Assembly (NCBI GenBank): GCA_038143065.1
Contig: JAYQLI010000009.1
Span: 1 to 25,683 of the forward strand
DNA length: 25,683 nucleotides
Reading direction: 5' to 3'
Source: Rhodospirillales bacterium
GTDB taxonomy: Bacteria; Pseudomonadota; Alphaproteobacteria; Bin95
A model generated the notes under the pieces. That model was not told the origin of the DNA. It saw only the letters and a list, made by a program, of their open reading frames with translations, and ran no database searches. The translations under genes and the position numbers were made by a program. Positions 22,214-25,683 of the stretch are shown here, one piece after another (the stretch's first letter is position 1; every line of letters starts with the position of its first letter).

Positions 22214-23226
22214 TTATTTGCTAAAGTGGTTAAAACCGCCGCAATTATAATAACCGCGCCCGTAGTAGCTTGCACATAGAAAGAAGGAACATCAGCTAAT
22301 GTAAGTAGGTTGTTAATGACCCCAATAAGCAAGACACCACTAATCACTCCGTCACAGTGCCTCGACCACCTCCCAAACTTACACCACCGATAACAGCAGC
22401 TGCGAAAGCTGAAAAAATTATATTTTGGCCTTGGGTAGTTACAGCTGAATCAATCTACCTGTCATCAAAATTCCAGCGAGCCCTGCAAGCAAACCTGAAA
22501 ACGACAAAAGCACTCCAAATAACCCTATCTACATCTATTCCAGCGGCCCGTGCTGCAGACTCATTGCCACCAACAGCATATAAAGCTCTTCCAAAACGAT
22601 GAAATTGGAGCATCAAACCAACGCCTAAAGCTATTACAGCGAACACTAAACCGCAAGCGGTATACCTAATAACCTTTCGGAGCCTAAATAGGTCAGCGCA
22701 TCGCCTGGTGAATAAATAGAACGGCCATTTGATATTATCAGAACACCCCCACGCAGCAAAACTAGCAGCCCTAAAGTGGAGATAAACGGGTTCAAGCCTA
22801 TTTTAACGACCATAAATCCATTTAACCATCCAATAAATCCTGCAGCACCCAGCGCAATCAAAGGACCGGTCCAACCAGGCAATTCAGTTCCAAATCCTCC
22901 AGAAGCTACTGGCACCATTAAAACTGCTGCTAACATGGGCGCAAAACCTACTAAACCTTCAAGCGATAAATCCAATCTGCCAATGAGCAGAATAAATGTA
23001 AGTCCGATTGTGGTAAGACCTAAAACATTGACCTGCTCGAGAATATTTAATAAATTATAACTTGTTAAAATCGTGGCGCGACAATTGCCCCGATAACAAG
23101 TAACAGGATTAGAACCGGATACATGGTAAATCCATTTGCAACGAAAGCGTTGCCAAAAGCAGCTAGCTTTGACGATTTGTTTTCGTTTAGGTCTAAATCC
23201 ATGTGGGAATTATTTTCTGAGTTCAT
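22214..23226 (-). CDS. Monosaccharide (CUT2, RbsC-like) ABC permease; frameshifted
   Basis: LIGRLDLSLEG, NGFMVVKIGLNPFISTLG, FGRALYAVGGNESAARAAGIDV, AAAVIGGVSLGGGRG. Confidence 0.88.
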
Positions 23227-23292
23227 TTTCGTTTCCAAAGATGTCTTAATTGAGATATCGTATCACTAAAAATACGATTAATTTTAATTTTT

Positions 23293-23313
23293 TTGTCGAA
23301 ATAATTTCGACAA
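23293..23313. promoter_or_regulatory. Palindromic candidate operator upstream of the permease
   Basis: TTGTCGAAA-TAA-TTTCGACAA, a perfect 9-3-9 inverted repeat in AT-rich intergenic DNA. Confidence 0.55.
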
Positions 23314-23406
23314 TTTTGATCTTCCTTTGCCAACCGAGTTTCAACAAAAACATCGTTGGTTAAAATGATTTTACGATGGAGTTTATGCTGTATAAACTGG
23401 TTGATC

Positions 23407-23432
23407 TTTTGGGCCCTAAAAAGGGCCCAAAA
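23407..23432. terminator. Stem-loop downstream of the sugar SBP gene (terminator or stability hairpin)
   Basis: TTTTGGGCCCT-AAAA-AGGGCCCAAAA, 11-bp stem. No U-tail on the minus strand. Confidence 0.55.
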
Positions 23433-23506
23433 ACATTCAACGCTCAGAAATAACTTAGATCACGGAGAATTATGTTTATTTTGCTAAGCTAACTTCAAAG
23501 CCATAT

Positions 23507-24536
23507 TTATGCTGCTAAAGCTGATTTTGCCCAAAGACCAGGCGCATCCACGTTTTCCTTAGTCACCAATGTTGCGTTAAGCTGATACTGAGTTCTTACG
23601 GGCGTATCAATCACTTGACCATCCGGTTTTGGACCAAGTTCAATTGTACCACCCTTTGACACCAGCTCTATAAGCTCCGCCGTCTTCGTTGCATATGCGC
23701 TTAATGGCTGCGAAACAGTCGCATCCAACGCTCCGTCACGGATTAATTGTAAGCCCTGCGGCGTTCCATCGATTGCCACGCGAATTACAGAGTCTGGATC
23801 GCCCACGGCGGCATCTTTTCCCGCCCGCTTCAACTGCGCATTCACGGCCGTTGCCATTAATTCAGAAGCCATAAAGATCCTGGTCAGCGAAGGATTTTGG
23901 GTAAGTACGTTTTGAGCTGCATCTGCTGCCATATCTGCTGTCCACTCTGTCGGACGCTGAATTAATTTTACATCTGGTGCTAATGCTCGCATGGTGTCAG
24001 CAAAGCCATTCTGAACGGTCTAATCCGTTTGGTGTCGCTAACCCTCCCTGAAGTTCAAGGACGCCACAACTATTATCAGACCAGCAAGCTTTCCTTAACC
24101 GACGCACCATCTCTTCCGCGCCTTGTACGCCTGCATTCAGATTATCAGCACGTACTGTTGCTGTAACCTCACCGCCCGCAGGGCCATCATCAATTGAGAA
24201 GACCAACGCCCTTTTTCGTTAGCGCGCTTAACAGCAGGAACGATGCCTGCAGCATCTAACGGCGCAAACACAATTACATTCGCTCCATTTGCCAATAAAT
24301 TTTGCAACGCATTCACTTGCGCTGCAATATCACCATTAGGGTCAGGCGCGCCTACAAGCTGCTAAAGCCTTTATCTGCAAATGCTTTTTTTGACAGCGAT
24401 GTCATCAAAGTTTGAAAGTCATCTTTCAAAAATTTTGGGGTAAAACCAACCTGAATATCTGAGTTATCCGCAAAGCCTGCTCCGGCCGTAGAAGCCAGCA
24501 CTACGCTTGCAGCGAGTGTTTGATCGTCTGTTTCAT
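23507..24536 (-). CDS. Sugar ABC substrate-binding protein (RbsB-like); frameshifted
   Basis: GGAGG RBS, ATG 24536, signal peptide, VGFTPKFLKDDF, QVNALQNLLANGANVIVFAPLDA, VRADNLNAG, VAIDGTPQGLQLIRDGALDATVSQP. Confidence 0.85.
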
Positions 24537-24808
24537 TTTAGTCCTCCACTGGATTTTTAAGCAGGATCTTATTTTTATACTAAGATCAAGCAAGGATGGT
24601 TCTGTGATGTTTTTCATCCAGAACCGGTTCTGAACAACAAACAAACGGCAATGAGCCGCTTTCATTGCTGCGCAAAAAGTAGGCCAGCTCGAACTCCAAA
24701 GCCGACACAAAGACCACAAATTTCTCGTTCAGTTTCTGCTGAATTTTACCCCTACTCGAATTTGAACTAGAGTTTCTATCAGCCACGCCAGAAAAGTAAG
24801 TTTTCATA

Positions 24809-25625
24809 TTAATAGCCTCCTCGATCTTGGCGGCTACGTCCTTCACAAGCACCTATTTGTTCTCGTGCTTCAGCAGTCAAATTTGAAGCAGCTGTTGCAA
24901 GAATACGCACATCATTAGAAATCGTGGTAAAATTAAACCCCCAACTAATTGCTTTGGCGGCGTATTTTGCTGAACCACAATGGATTCCAGCATAAATTCC
25001 AGCACTTTTTGCTATGTTTAAGATATCTTTAATGACCTCAACCATCTCAGGTTCTGTTCGGTCAAATCCTGGTATCAAACGCCCTTTTGTTAATCCAAGG
25101 GTTAAATCAGCCGGACCGATATAAACACCATCCAACCTAGGCGTTTTTACAATTTCCTGTATATCTGCGTATGCTTCTGCTGTTTCAATCATCGCAAGGC
25201 CGACGATTTCGCCATTAGCCTCTTGTGCATAGTTTGAGCCTGCAGAAAAATTTGCTCTCGTAGGACCAAAACTGCGTATGCCATCAGGGGGATATCGCAG
25301 CGATGCCACGAATTCCTCTGCCTGACTTGCGCTGTTGATCATAGGACAAATTATTCCATACGCACCTGCATCTAAAGCTTTCATAATTACTGAAGGTTCG
25401 TTCCAAGGCACACGCACCATTGGAACAACCTGCGAGGCGCGCATCGCTTGTAACATCGCAACGCATACCCTCATAACTCACGGCCCCATGCTGCATATCT
25501 ACCGTTAGGCTATCAAACCCTTGATCAGCCATGATTTACTTACAAAAGCAGAGTTTATCGAAAGCCAGCCGTTCAAAGTTGCTTTATTATCAATCCAATG
25601 AGCTTTCAAGGGCGATTTTTAATCC
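24809..25625 (-). CDS. HpcH/HpaI class II pyruvate aldolase family protein; frameshifted near the 5' end, start approximate
   Basis: NGWLSI, GFDSLTVDMQHG, PMVRVPWNEP, ALDAGAYGIICPMINS, YPPDGIRSFGP, AMIET, YIGPADL. Confidence 0.9.
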
Positions 25626-25650
25626 TTCTATCCCTCACATTACCCATTGT

Positions 25651-25672
25651 GTTAATTTAGTATCTAAATAAC
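25651..25672. promoter_or_regulatory. Palindrome upstream of the aldolase cluster, candidate operator
   Basis: ATTTAG-TAT-CTAAAT (25655-25669) with flanking GTT/AAC. Confidence 0.35.
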
Positions 25673-25683
25673 CGCTAAGACCT

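Overview
Mostly minus-strand, roughly 45-50% GC alphaproteobacterial DNA. Gene content and style suggest marine Rhodobacteraceae (inference). Many single-base indels split most genes; they look more like long-read error than true decay, so gene boundaries below were rebuilt by hand across frameshifts. Four blocks: (1) 577-8300, a glpVSTPQU-type (glycerol-family) ABC transporter operon followed not by glpK/glpD/glpR but by a BlaI-family repressor and a BlaR1-type M56 protease with no penicillin-binding domain, with a palindromic candidate operator beside the -35; (2) 8645-10852, a degenerate tyrosine integrase and an intact orphan secreted-protein gene; (3) 11110-19533, LysR, DUF1445 (D-glutamate cyclase family), TRAP dctPQM and a fused hydantoinase/5-oxoprolinase; (4) a 46-bp tRNA-Phe 3' fragment (att core, 19816-19861) with repeats on both sides and an IHF-consensus site, followed by a sugar catabolic cluster (HpcH-like aldolase, sugar ABC SBP and permease without ATPase, D-2-hydroxyacid dehydrogenase, D-apiose-dehydrogenase-like Gfo/Idh/MocA enzyme). 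Best candidates for novelty: proteolytic BlaR/BlaI-type control of a nutrient transporter, and an attP-like tandem-island junction associated with a dispersed ~20-bp motif.
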